A DNA stretch of 64,000 nucleotides from Amoebophrya sp. A120. Its lineage: Eukaryota > Protista > Dinoflagellata. Below the pieces are notes generated by a model. It made no database searches, was not told the origin of the DNA, and saw only the letters and a list, made by a program, of their open reading frames with translations. The stretch is taken from the NCBI GenBank assembly GCA_905178155.1, contig CAJINV010000005.1, positions 545,715 to 609,714 on the forward strand, in the 5' to 3' direction. This document shows positions 45,919 to 58,403 of this stretch, piece after piece (the stretch's first letter is position 1; the number at the start of each line of letters is the position of its first letter). The position numbers and the translations under genes are program-made.

Positions 45919-48884
45919 TCAAGTCTTCGTAAAAATCACCGGGTCGAGCGCTATTTTCGACCGTTCCAATTGCCGTCTCCTCGTTGCTTCTTGCCGCCGA
46001 TACTCCTTCGGCAGCAGGTCAAACGGCAGATTTTGCCACCAGTGCCGGTGGTCGTACAGGTGATTCCGCGTTGGCCGACGGAACCATCCGGGCTTTCCTC
46101 CACCTCCCGAGGATTGACCACCCGCCCTGTTCAGCGACAACAAGGCGCCCTCGGTGAACACACTCGCACGCGTCCGATGGCTCCCACGAAAAGCCGCGCC
46201 CGCATTTGCGTCGGAGTAGTTGTAGCTGCAGCTTGCGGTTGTTCCGTGGGTATTGTATCCACAAGCCCCCGGCGGATAGCTTGATTTCCCACTGAGAATC
46301 GCGTCAATTCGCATTTGCAGCTCCGTCTTCCTGGTGGCCGCTTTGTTCAGGGTATTCGCAGATGAGCCGGAGGTTGTGCACCCCTGTTTGAAAGATGTTC
46401 CGCTGTTCTCGTCCGCAGCTTCTGCCTCTTCCTCCAAACTCGGAAGGGGGTCGAGATATGGATGCCGCCGAATCTCGTCTTATCCAAGAAAAAAACATTG
46501 TAGGTGTATACAATACTTTTTTGGAAGAACAACATTACAAATTTGTCTGGCATGACAGCAAAAACCTGTCATGCGCAGATAGTACGCGAAAACGCCCCTT
46601 AATGGACGCTGCGACGCATGCCAAGCATGACAGACGCAATCATCTTGCATGTGGAGCATCACAAATTTACACTAACAGCGTTTTTTTCTTGGATACGTCT
46701 TCGTCGTCATTCAGAGCATCGGCGGAAGCTGTACCGGGGTCCGTTGTAGCGTTTGTCCCTGGAGGACCCGAAGTTCCTTTCGGACTCGTTCCGGAGGCTG
46801 GCTGCACGGACTGCCGGAAGGATGACCCTCCAGGGCCAACGGAAATGCGTTCGCCCGTCCGCTTCGCTTGCTCGGCCGTGCGCTTGCGGAGAAGGAGTTC
46901 GCGCCTAGAAAATGAAAAAGCATGATGACGCCCTTTTTGCGCTTCAACAATTAGAAGTGTATGAGCATGTTGCGGAAAAACTGTTACACCGGCCGGGAAA
47001 TGGAAAAGATCATTAGTTACAATTCAAATTCTACCTCTCCAACTTCTGCTTCTGTTTCCACTGCTTCTCGAGTTTCGCCAGGATTTTTTGTCGCAGCCGC
47101 CGGTCCGTTTTCGGGGAGTGGTGCAAGTGTCGCAAGCGCACGACTATGGTGCTCTCAACTGTTACATTCTCAGCTGTTACATAAATTTGTGATGCTAAAC
47201 CGACCGAAACCACGCATAAATTTGTGATGCAAGAATGGCAAAACTGAAAGGGGGAAGATTGCGCCTTTTGCATGACAGATTTGGCACAGATTCTCAGCCT
47301 GTTTGGGCCTTCCAGAATTTGTCATGCGCAGCAGCTTGATCGCGTCGAATCTGATTGCAGTTTTGCATGACAAATCGTGTAACAGTTGAGAATGTAACGC
47401 TTGAGAACGCCATAACGACTGAATTCACCGGATCGTACGTGTTCACCAAGTTCAAGTTGCCCGTGGGCAGCAGTTATCAAATGCAAATATGTCTGGGTCT
47501 GGTAACTTGTGATGCTGGGCGGCGTCTCATGATGAGGCCACAAGTGCTGGCTCAGCATGACAAGTTTCTGAGCTTCTATGTGTTGCCTATTCTGCATGAC
47601 AAACTGCGTTTCTGCATCACAGAAAAATGGAGCTTTTGGGTAACGTGCATGACAGATTTAAGAGTCATGCCAGACAAGCATGACAAACATGCATTCTTCC
47701 CGACACAGACATTTTTGCAATTGATAGCAGTCGTGACAGCTTCTCGCGCGGGTCGAACTGGTCCCGCTCGAACTCCAAGTCGCCCAGGATTTCCGCAAGG
47801 GTCTCCCGCCTGGATTCTTGCGTGGTAGTATGCTACTTACTCGTGTGGCTCAAAATCAAACAGCCGTTTTTCAAGAGCATGAAACGTAAGGAGCAATTGT
47901 GCTGTCAACATTGTACTCAGAACTGCCATCACAAGTTGCACTTACTTCTCATCAGAATCTGTGTCCGAGTTGTCGTAGGGGTCCCAAACCTCGTCCTCCA
48001 TGGAGGCGTGTTTTTTCAGTGCGTTCTGACCCAGCGTCGCGCTCACGCCGTCATCCCTCGTTCGCAAGCGTTCCAGGTCCGTCGCGTGGAATGTCGTGCT
48101 GCGACGGTAGTTGGCTACTGTGCAGAGCAATGGAGCATTGAAACAAATCACGCACAGCGACAGATTGGTTCATACCTTCGCAACAGGGAGAGAACATAGA
48201 CATACAAAGGATTATATGTACCAAACAGGATCATGTACCACGCGAGACGTTCGCGGGCGGCGCAGGTGTAGAAGCAGCGGCTCCCTCTCCCTTACCCGAT
48301 GCTGCAGATGCCTCCCCGGATTTCGTTTTTCCAACGCCGATCTGTTTGTTCGTCACCCCCGTGCGCATTTTGAGCTTATCCGCGAAAGCTCGCGCCATGA
48401 CCTGGGCCCGCGGTGACATGGATAATAATGTTGGCTGCTTGGTACAGGCGCTGCTTGGAAGGGAAAACTGCTTTGCAACGCCGACGAGAGCGCGTTCCTC
48501 ATCCTGGTCATGATTCCCACCCTGCAGTGATGCAGAGGCGGTAATTGCGAACTGAGGTTTGCCCACTGGTTGCAGCTGCGACGAAGTTGCAGCCGCGCTG
48601 TACGACCCAGTGAACAGGGTCGGGGAGGTCTGCAAGTGCCCGGTGCTTGTGCAGTTTTTGCCGATGGCGCTGTTGGTGATGGTAGAGCTCGTCAAGCAGG
48701 ATGAGTTGTCCAACCGCCAGGAGGAGGTAAGCCTCCTTGGCCCCGCGGCATCACCAAGCGGCACACTGCTCGTACCCCCGGCTGTCGAGTTCGAGGTCCG
48801 GCGCTGCGACGGCGCCGAGGGCTGGTACCCGGAGATACTGGGGGTGGCATTTGTGAAGCTGAAGGTCGGTAGTTGAGACGACAT
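45919..48884 (-). CDS. Multi-exon hypothetical protein with three TIR elements and conventional introns
   Basis: Joins KLSRL-LPTGN, VVMA-TIVVRL, KLER-RELLLRK (GT-AG) and DDED-EIRRHPY..LEEEAE all stay in frame. Confidence 0.75.
46481..46695. mobile_element. Introner, family F, 215 bp, TSD CGTCT
   Basis: TIR TATCCAAGAAAAAAA. CGTCT at 46476-80 and 46696-700. In-frame join. Confidence 0.93.
47152..47408 (-). mobile_element. TIR element forming a canonical GT-AG intron, family C, 257 bp
   Basis: About 40-bp imperfect TIR (TCTCAA..GTTACATTCTCARCTGTTACA...TTTGTSATGC). Minus-strand ends GTTCTCAAG...TTGAGAG. The frame is supported by the next GT-AG junction. Confidence 0.82.
47475..47726. mobile_element. 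Introner, family B2, 252 bp, TSD GCAGT
   Basis: GCAGT at 47470-74 and 47727-31. Highly similar to 16688-16943. In-frame join. Confidence 0.95.
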
Positions 48885-49039
48885 GCGCGCGCGAGTAGCT
48901 GTTACAGCTTCTGTAGGGGAAACGCGAAGGGTAACGCAAACAACGGCGACCGTTTCAGTGAATAACCACACACCAATGTGGGCACTAAGGAGTACAACTA
49001 AATGTATGCAAAACCAAAAGCAGAGCTGCTAAGCATTTA

Positions 49040-50900
49040 TCTATCAGTGGTCATCCTCATAAAGCGCATGTAGCCGTGTCAGCCAAGCAGGGTGGGGCTG
49101 GAGACGTTTAGGCGCCGCAAATCCCATCTGTCCGGAACACAAATTAATGAGCCAGTCCCCTCCCCTAGCACTGACTTTCCCAACATCGGGCGAAGCGGCT
49201 GACCACCCAAAAGTGACCCAAGTAAGCCGGGGTCTGGTAGGTTGGTTGGTTGCGATCGCAACAGGGCAGGGCAAATGGAGTGATGATGAATACAATAAAC
49301 ACCGGCCACCCACGACTTCGGAGGAGACGGGGGACACCAATCGAAGCGAACGACCCCCCCAATTCGGAAGCCGCAATGAATCTGCACGCAAGGGGTCTTC
49401 GCGCGTGCGTGCCCCCCTGGCAGTGGCAGCGGGATGCCGTCCGCGCCCCAATTGTTAGGGGCATGCATCGGTCGCAAACACCGGAGCGAGTAGCCGCGCG
49501 CCTGTCCTGGCTCGCGCCGGCCCGCCGGGCGCGCCGGAAAGCACGGGTGGCAACCTAGGCCGGTTGCGGATCCATCCGACGGCGCTGCTGGCTGTCTGCC
49601 CTGGCTTCGGCGGTTGGTAGGCTGCAGGGCAGGCCGACCGGGCGAAGGTAGGGCGCCCGCCGGCCGGCCGCGGCGCCCGGCTGGGGCAGCGACAGGTAGG
49701 CGCGCGGCGAAACACGACGCGCGGCCGCCAAGGGGGGGGCCGGCGGGCAAGGCCGCCCGGGCGGGGCGGGGGGCGCGCCATGGCGCACAGAAACAAAGAG
49801 ACGACGCCTCCAATAGGTCCACGCTGCCCACGCCCTCCTCGCCCCCACCTGTGAAAAACTCCCGGGCGGCGGACTTTTCAGATTTGCCGGGCCTCCTCCT
49901 TCCGCTTCTGCCCCGGGGCCGGGGCCGCGCGAAATCCAGGGCGCCCCCTGCCTGCCTTGCGCCCAACACGCTTCGCCAGAGATGGCCGTCGCTTCGGCGC
50001 GGCCCATGCCGAAGCTGTTGGGTACCAAACCGGCCCGCCGCGCGCTCCCCTTCATCCAGCACCCCGCTGCGGCGCGCGCGCGGCAGGGCACAGCCTGCAG
50101 AGCTACCGCCCCCCGCGCGGGCCCCCCTGCGGGCACGCAGGCGGCTTGGGCCAATAGCTGCACGGGAAACAGCGCGGGCGCCCACCGAAAACAAGAGGGC
50201 GGCCAAGGGCCCCGATGGGGCGACTGCGGCAAAACCCGCGGGGCGGCGGCGCCGGCCCTCTAGCAGTTTGTTCGGGCGGCCCCCGCGGGGGGGGCCGGCG
50301 CGGCCCTGCTAGGCCGGCGCAGATTTCCCGCAGTTTTCAATAAAGCCGCAGCGCCGTCTCTTTTGTTTCCATTCGCCTGCCGCGCCTGGCCCTGGCCCGG
50401 GTATTTTCCACACCGTTCCGCCGCGGCGCGCTTGAAACAGCCACCCGGGTCGCAATGTAGGCGAAATGTATGAAGGGGCTCTCGATCCGCTGGGCATACG
50501 ATCCGCGGCAAGGCCGCCGCCGGCCAGGCGGAGGCCCTGCTGTGCTTCACATGCGAGCGCCAGCGCCATCGCCCGCGCTGGCTAGCGCGTGCCCTTGCGC
50601 CCGCGCTCGCGCTATTTTCGGGAACCGCGGGGCCGCCCTGCCACGCTATCCGGAAAACGCAGCTTGAAGTTGACAGCCAGCAACCAAACGCAAACGCCGC
50701 AAAACATTGTGGCGACAACAAATAAAGCATAGAAACTCCGCGAACACTCATGACGGCTAGACGACAAGTTGTGCCCGAAAAGGACTTCTTCCCGGGCGTC
50801 AGAAAACCTCTTCCTCGGGTACTTAATTTTTCGTCTCCTCATTGTCATTTCATTCCTTGCCCATATATTCCGAAACTTGGTAATAAACCCCAATGCATTT
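49040..50900 (-). pseudogene. GC-rich TE relic with degenerate HHCC plus rve integrase motifs
   Basis: GHNLSSSRH...CGVC (about 50690-50780), FRLHCDPGGCFK (about 50430-50465) and QANGN....LLK, in integrase order. No reverse transcriptase motifs seen. Confidence 0.45.
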
Positions 50901-51764
50901 TAGTGCACGATAGGAAATTCATATGCAATGGCGAAAGACTGTCACTGTAACATTCCTCAGCACGACAGAGCTAAATACAGTTCACTAGAAGGCTTCATAA
51001 AACTGTTCTTCGAAACGGAAACTCATCGCAAACTCTACTCATTCGGTGAAGAAGCAGCAGATTGCGCGAGCCTCTTGTGCTTATTCTGTATTCTCAGAGT
51101 CATCCATGTGGAAGGGCGGTTGCGCAGAGCCAGAGGCCGCATACTCCAACCGAAGCCGAACCGAGAATCGGTTCAAGATCTATGGAAAAAGTTCTTCGAA
51201 ACAAGATGAAAGGAGTTCATCAGTGCTGTTCGTGCAAAAGAAACGAATGGCGGCCATCAGTGACCCCCGTGGAGAGGTGGCAGCTGCCAGTTCCTCGTAG
51301 CAGGAGGTGCCCGGAAGTTCTTGTGAAAAGGAGGAAATGATAAACAGAGAGTGACTGTGACGTCGAGTAAGTAGCTCCGTAGTTGACATTAGTCTTTTGG
51401 AAAGGTGAAGGAAATTGGCAGCATCTCCTCATCAATCTGCAAACTTTTGCATTCGAGCACGTAGCACCGGAAGCAGCAGTGACACACATCAACAAAATTT
51501 CAATAATTTTACAAATCACTAATTTACAACAAACATCTTACAAACAAGCTCAGCAACGTAGTTATAGAATTTTCTTTCCAGTCGGTAACTAGAACTACTA
51601 GTTCGAATTTCATCCCGACAACTAGGTGAAAGTAGAGAAGTGAAAGTAGTTCATCTCGGTGCTAGTACTAACTTTGGTGATGGCTATGCTTATTTTCTTC
51701 CCTCATTTCACTTTTGATTTTGCGTCGAGGTAGTTTCAGTACTAGCATGAAGATCCCCACTTCT

Positions 51765-53902
51765 TTATTCGTCCACCATTTTCTGCTCCACCTTCTTCAT
51801 CAAATCGAAGTAGACATTGGACCACTTGTCCAGCGTGGCGTCGAAGTCGGATTTGATCCAGGGATTGAACTGGTGGAAGCACTCCATCTCGTGCTTCCCC
51901 TGCATCTCCTCCTCCTCCTTTTTCAACAGTTGGAATTGCGCCAGCATCTGGTGCTCCGCACTGGTCTTCATCAGATTCGACAAACCATGCTTGTTTTTAC
52001 CGTTGTTCAGCTTGTTGTTCGTGGCTGCGGAAGCTGTAGAAGTGGCAGCCGCAAGCGTAGAAACTGTGCTTTCCTTCATGGTTTGCGCCATCCCTCCCAC
52101 CGCGGAGGTCTGCATCAGCAGCAGCAGATTCTTCTCATCGCGCACACTGTCAAGATTGTTGCTGTTGCTCTCGACATTCTTGAAATTCAAATTCGATGCT
52201 GCAGTTCCGTTGTTAACCTTTTTCAAATTCTTCAGTTGCATCCTTGTTCGTAAAAAGCTTGTGATGTCGCCCTGCTGCACGTACTCGTTGCGCAAGTTTT
52301 CGTAGGCCGCGGAAAACCCCGCCTGGGTTTCCTCCGGACGCCCGCCCCAGATCTCGAAGGCAAACGAGTACGGAACGTCCACCTCGTCGTAAGCGTAGTC
52401 CATACCTTAAGTTGGGGATTCGTCATGTTGTGTGAGGAAGATTGGAGGTCATGCTGCAACAATAGCCTACTTCAGGCAGACTCACTCGTCTCATAAATCT
52501 GACGAAAAATGATCTAAATATTTTTCTTGGCGGAAAAGGAAAACAAAAACAATTCTGTACTGTTGCCCGTCGCCTGATAGTGAATTGTTTCCATCGCGGA
52601 TCCGTAGGGGATTTTCACTTGCTTGTTGATGGAGTCCAGCACCGACAGCATGTTTTTGTAGTTCTCCGGCTTCTGCGTGCTCCACCCGTACGGCAGAAAC
52701 ATGCTCATCGTGCCACTGTGCACCGTCACAAACAAATCGGGTTGGAAGTCCTTCAGCAGCTTCACGACGAGCCTGGTGGGAAATTTTATATATTTTGCAT
52801 AGAGTTGAAAAATGCATTTCGATTCCGTGCTCTTGCACACTCATGATGGTTTTCGTTGTGTGGAGAAGGAGATCCAGGTCGACATGTTGCTCATACCATA
52901 TGCATATTCTCGTTATGGATTTGCATGCTCGAGAACGTCACACAAAAAATCAGCATGATCAACAATCTACTTCGGCTCCTTTTCCGACAATGCCTTCGGC
53001 CCCGACCAGGTTTCCGTTCCGTTTGCCCCAGTGGCCTGCCAGTGGTCCGGGTAATTCCGGTTCAAGTCGACCCCTGAGGTGGCCGTCCGCAAACAGTACT
53101 CGTGGTTGTTCAGAACTCGGTCGCGGGCCTGCGGGTTCGCGTTCACGACCGCCATCACCTCCCAGATCTTGTTGATGTCCTTTTGCAGAAACTGGGTCAG
53201 GAAGTGCAGTCCGCTTTCCGGCGAAATCAGCTCCCGCGCGTGCTCGCCAAAGATGAAGAACGCTTTCAGCGGGGCCGTGTCGTCTTTCGTGTTTTTTCCG
53301 TGGTCCAGGTTTTTATGCTTGTGGTTCTCCGCAGCGGCATGGATCTTGGTTTCGGCTTTGGTTTTCGTTTTTTCCTCCTTCCGCATCATCACCGTCGGGT
53401 GCTGCTGTTGTTCCTTTCCGCTTTCACCCACTTCCGCCTCGGAAACGGATGCCGTTGGCGACGTTGCTGAGGACGAATGATCCTTCTTGTACACGTGCAC
53501 CACATCGATGCCCGTGCCCTGGTTCCGGTCCACGTCGACCGTCAGGTCTGCGTTCTGCGCCGCGGTCTTCAGGTTCTCCAACTCCTTGCTCAACGCCGCC
53601 GAGTTGTGGTAGAACACCAATGCGTCCTCAACGTCATCTTGTTCCTCGCCAAATTCGTCATTTTTGTCCTCGACGACCTGCGTGCTGCCGTCGTTTCTGG
53701 TAGTAATAGTCTTCCCCGAGGCGGTGCTTGTCCTCGCGGTACTGAATTCATCTTGGCCAACATCTGCTGTTCCAGATGCTGCAGATGTCACACCGTGAGC
53801 AACATCCTTTTCCTTTCGCAAGCGAAAGCCGCTCGTCCCGGAGAGCGCGTTCGCGATGACGACGATGCCTGCTGCCAAATAGCAGGCTTGGAATCTCTTC
53901 AT
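51765..53902 (-). CDS. Secreted M14 zinc carboxypeptidase
   Basis: Signal peptide, GEHARE zinc motif, NANP, GVDLNRNY, GPKALSE, VTVHSG and catalytic AFEIWG. Three exons. Confidence 0.92.
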
Positions 53903-54867
53903 CCGGCCGGACGCTGTGAACAAGAGATGACGGGGCCGGAGTTTAGCTTTATAAAATGTTCGAAGTATTGTCGTACGTGTTAAAAATTGATCTGTATTCT
54001 CGAGAAAGGCACTCAGTACCTAGTCCTAGGAATGTTGACTGAGTGTGGGTTGACAAAAATTCACCACGGTTGTACGAAGCTCACCGAAGCAGTAGGAAAA
54101 ATAACAGGCCGCGACGTGCTTACTTTTTTCTCTCGACGTTGCGAGAAACTAACCCTCACGGTTTGGCTCTTTGCAAATGTGAATGTCGTGGTCTCTCATC
54201 GACGCCTGCAGCTTTTTGCTCGAAGACAAAGATAGTCGAAATCTACTGTGCTGTCATGAGGAACGGACTTCTGTTTTTTTGCAGCCGAGATTACGCTCGT
54301 TTTGGAAAGCCAAACAAAACTCTTGACGCAACGTGATTGGCTGCGCGGAAATGGTCAGAATTGATACCACGTGGCATCACGACGCGATATTGATGCTGTT
54401 ACTTCCGCTTGAGATTCTTGCACTTACTAAATGGCGCCAACACAATGTTCACGCTTGCCTACGAGTCGACATCGAAGCAGCCTTTCGCGTTTATGAAACG
54501 CGATGAATATGTTTGTTGAGCACCGCAATTGCTCATGAAAGTCCTGTAGCGTGCTCGTTTTACGTGCTGCGCGGGAAAAATCTACATTTCACGACAAATC
54601 AGTGCATGAGGCCCGAAACGGCCTAAGCATCTCGTGATGCTCATAGACATTGACTGAGAACTCGCCGCGAGCGTACCAGAGTGACACGGTTGCAAGCGGC
54701 TCGTCGTCTGCGTGGCCCTGTAGACAACGAACTGGTGCTGCCGCCACAAAGAACTGGACTAATCTACTGCTTTGGTTACACATGATGACCTACAACTTCA
54801 CGGCCACACTATACAAAGTCGGTCGCATTTTTCTTTCTTCTGTGCTACATACTGAGAATTCGATCGA

Positions 54868-56547
54868 TTACAATTTACTTTCCAACACGATCTTTGCCCC
54901 GCCATACTCTCCCCGCCTCTTCAGCCCGTCCATTTCCCTCTGTCCTTGCCGCAATTCGTTCAGCATTGCCGGGGATTGCGCTTCTTTCAGCGTCAATATC
55001 TCCAGCTCCTGATCTTCCGCCGTACCCAGGTGTTTCCAGCTCTTGTGCAGCTCTTCCAATCTCTCGACGTACAACGCATGTAACCTTTTCACCTCTGCGC
55101 GGAACACTTCGCTATCTGTTTCTCCCTTCACCATCTTCACCGGAATCTCGATCGGCGCGCCGAAGACCGTGTGCAAGGGCGTTTTTGCCGGAATCGTCGG
55201 AAAAAGCAAACTACCGACCGTGTTGTTGAAATTGTGAAAAACGGGGAGAGAAAACTGCATGTTTTTCTGCATCAGGAGTTGAAATTTCCGCAAAAGCGGG
55301 TTGAAAACCTGCCGATACAAAGCCGTTTCCCCGAAAACTAAAACCGGAACCAGCGGCGTCCCGGTGCGTAAAGCCACCTCGACGAAGCCCATCCTGTCTT
55401 TCAAAACGATCCGCATCTTCCCGCCGCCCGAGAGCAGCGCCTCGTCTGCCCCACCCACATACAGCCCAACGGATTTTTTCGCTTCTAGGTTCCTCACCAC
55501 CTTCTCCTTTTGCGCCGTAGTCAATCCGGCCAGCATGCTCCATTCGGCGGCCCCGGGCAGGTGGAAAGCCGCGTCGACCGTGCAACAATAAACCTTACCC
55601 AAATTCGGGTTTTTCTTGTGCAGCAGCTTTGTTTCCAGCCCCGTCCCCTCCGCAAACGTCGGCGCCATGGAAAGCGCGAGGACCCCATGCGGATGGACCG
55701 CGAAGAGGAAGTTTTCGTGGTTCGCTTTTTCCAACGGGTAGGTAAACACGTTTCGGTGCGGGTAGTAGGCGGAAATGAGCTTGAAAATGTAGCTGTCCCG
55801 CAAACCAGGGTCGCCCCGGATTCTCCCCGAGTGCTTCCAGGGGTTAAAATAGGCGAGGACTTCGTACAGTAGGAACCCGAAGGCGAACTTCTTTCGGTTG
55901 TACCCGATGGTGCGCTGGAAGAGCTGCTTCAAAAAGTAGAGTAAAACGGCGGAGTTGATGCCTGTCTGCGTGCAGACCCAGAAGAGCACCGCGGCCTGGG
56001 GAAGCGGGAGAATTTTTTGCAAAATGAGACCGAGTTTGGTTGAAAACTCCGGTTTCGAAACGGCGTGCGGTTCAGGTGGGTGTACAAGGGTGATATGTTT
56101 ATTTTCCAGTGCGGCTGAGGAGGAGGTCTTCTGGTTCCACAACACTTTCGCTTCTTGTTCGTCGTCTTTCTCCTTCTCACTGCTTTCTTGCGCTGGAGTT
56201 ATTTTCGCTGGTAACAGCCCCGGCGTCGTCCGCGGCGTTCTGGTTCTTCGCGTTGGATAATACTGGTGCCCATTAAGTCGAGATGGAGACTCGTGCTGGT
56301 CCTGAAATTGAAGTTTCGCGGAATCATTACATTCACTCTGGTCGAAGTATTTCATGTTTGAGTTTGACGTCAACTCGAGTTTGGCCAAACTCATAAAATC
56401 GTTCGTAACATTGGGCCGAGCGAGGCTAAGAAAAAATGCCGAAGTGACTTTGAATTTAGAAAACGTACGACGATGTCGCAACGGCACGACAGTACAAAAA
56501 TCGACAAAGATATCCGTACCAGGTACAGACGGAACCACACGAGGCAC
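54868..56547 (-). CDS. DGAT2: Diacylglycerol/monoacylglycerol acyltransferase (DGAT2/MOGAT family); start uncertain
   Basis: YYP, HPHG, YVGGADEA and RMGFVEVALRTGTPLVPVLVFGE motifs. Confidence 0.9.
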   Translation of the reverse strand: MPRVVPSVPGTDIFVDFCTVVPLRHRRTFSKFKVTSAFFLSLARPNVTNDFMSLAKLELTSNSNMKYFDQSECNDSAKLQFQDQHESPSRLNGHQYYPTRRTRTPRTTPGLLPAKITPAQESSEKEKDDEQEAKVLWNQKTSSSAALENKHITLVHPPEPHAVSKPEFSTKLGLILQKILPLPQAAVLFWVCTQTGINSAVLLYFLKQLFQRTIGYNRKKFAFGFLLYEVLAYFNPWKHSGRIRGDPGLRDSYIFKLISAYYPHRNVFTYPLEKANHENFLFAVHPHGVLALSMAPTFAEGTGLETKLLHKKNPNLGKVYCCTVDAAFHLPGAAEWSMLAGLTTAQKEKVVRNLEAKKSVGLYVGGADEALLSGGGKMRIVLKDRMGFVEVALRTGTPLVPVLVFGETALYRQVFNPLLRKFQLLMQKNMQFSLPVFHNFNNTVGSLLFPTIPAKTPLHTVFGAPIEIPVKMVKGETDSEVFRAEVKRLHALYVERLEELHKSWKHLGTAEDQELEILTLKEAQSPAMLNELRQGQREMDGLKRRGEYGGAKIVLESKL

Positions 56548-56657
56548 TTTGAAAACGAATCAACGACGACCAAAAACTGACGAACGGGAACGCGGCTAAC
56601 AGATAAAGAAGGAAATGATCAACGCCAACAAGAAAGAAAAATCTAAATCGTTCACAT

Positions 56658-57600
56658 TCATTTTAGTAGCAAACTGTTCGGATCATTCAAGAGCGCTGGG
56701 GCTAGCAGTACCTCCGGCAGTGCACCTGAACTTCCAGTTACACGTCCCACGGACGCGCTCCTGTTGACGAGGGCCTTTGCCTTTTCTCTTCGCAACAAAA
56801 TCTCCGGTTTTCGTTTCGGTTTGACCAAACTCAATTTGTGAAAAGTTTCCTCGAGTGCTGCCAGCTCGGGAAGCTCCGGCCCGTCGCTCTCATCCTCTGT
56901 CAGCGAGATTCCCTTTGCTGCTACGTGCGGAATCAGGCAGCAAGATGTGAAGATCGCAAGATGAAATAGAGCTGCGCTGCGCGAGCCACTGAGGAAACTA
57001 GTCGAGATGTCTTTTCTGCGCCTTGCAACCTCGCGGCCGGAAAAATGCGCCCGTGCGCCGTCTTTTCGCTTCCATTGCGTCATTCTGCTAAAACGCCCGC
57101 GTGTCTGAGACCGCGTGGGGACGCAATGATAATCTTCAATGTTCTTATGCAGTTGCTGCAGCAACCTGGTTGTCTCAACAGAAAGGAACGGCAAAAATGC
57201 AAACAAATCTTCAATCTGCAAAAGCAAGAAAAGGATCTTCTACTTGCTTTCCTGTACTCTACGCAAGAATCTACCAATGATCTAATCCTAAGGCAAGAGA
57301 AAACGAAGTAGCGATGACCTGGGGCGGATTGCGTAACGTAGAAGGAAAGAAAAACATATGAACCACTCGACTTTTTGAACTGCTCTGCCCGTCACTCCTA
57401 AGTAAAGATCGTTCTTTCGCTGGCATGCTGCGGCTCGCACTGATCCTGATGATCTTCCAAGAACGATCCGACCTTCGCTGGCAATGATCACAATCGAGTG
57501 CGACATCATATAGTCCAACGAAGATTCCAGATTGCTGAGTGCTTCGGACAGCCCTCCTGGGTCATCGAAGATAAACGTTCGCTGCGCATGAGGAAGATCC
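56658..57600 (-). CDS. Hypothetical protein, exon structure uncertain
   Basis: 189-aa ORF with a TTTTGCAG acceptor near 57218 and an upstream open stretch. Confidence 0.4.
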
Positions 57601-58403
57601 GGAGCAATTCAGGAAAAACGACAGCAACTAACATCGATACTCATGTCGACATGACGACCCGGAAGATTATCTTCCGGGCCAACAAATGAAAGTGAAACAG
57701 CTCCAGCTGGTCCCGCGGCTGTGTTGTCGGTTCTTGTAATGATTATAAAAAATCAGCTTTTATTAGCGATGTCTCCGAATTGTACAGAAAATGTGCTTGC
57801 AACATTCGTCGAATGCCAAAAAACGCTTGTTCAGCCAGAACTTTTTTCCCATTTTTGAAACTACAAAATGATAAGGCGTTTTCACGAAAATCTCAGATCT
57901 TTGCTTTGTCTTCTGACCTCTCAAGGTGCTTCGATAGTCGGCCCTGCAGCTGATCACAACCGTAGAGACTTCTATCATGAGATGAAGATGCTAGAAAATA
58001 ATGCGGCCAATGGTGCCTCATTTTGTTTTCCACTGTTGCTCCCCGAAAAAGTCAAAAATTGAAACTACTCCGTATGGATAGTTTTTCTTCCTTATTCTCG
58101 CTCCGCGGGCGGAATCGGCGAAACTGGAAAAATCCACGATACCAAATTCTGTGTTTGTAAAAAATCGTAAAACACCCTAACGTTCTACTCACTGATTCGA
58201 AACAAGTAGTGTAGGCAGCCGCGACTAGGACTGCTGTCGTGCCGAATAATTCTACATTTGAAAAAGAAGCAGGTCGCTGGAACTCTTACATTCAACAAAA
58301 TCTTACATTTACTTCGCTTCTTGCACCCCTAAAAAAGTAGTATATTTTTGTCCACGTCGTGGTCTAACACTGGTACTTATCATCTGTTTCTACCACAGCA
58401 CCA

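Noticed and set aside
57658-57678. Palindrome CCCGGAAGAT-T-ATCTTCCGGG
   Set aside because: It is a single 10-bp stem with no TSD or context and could be chance.
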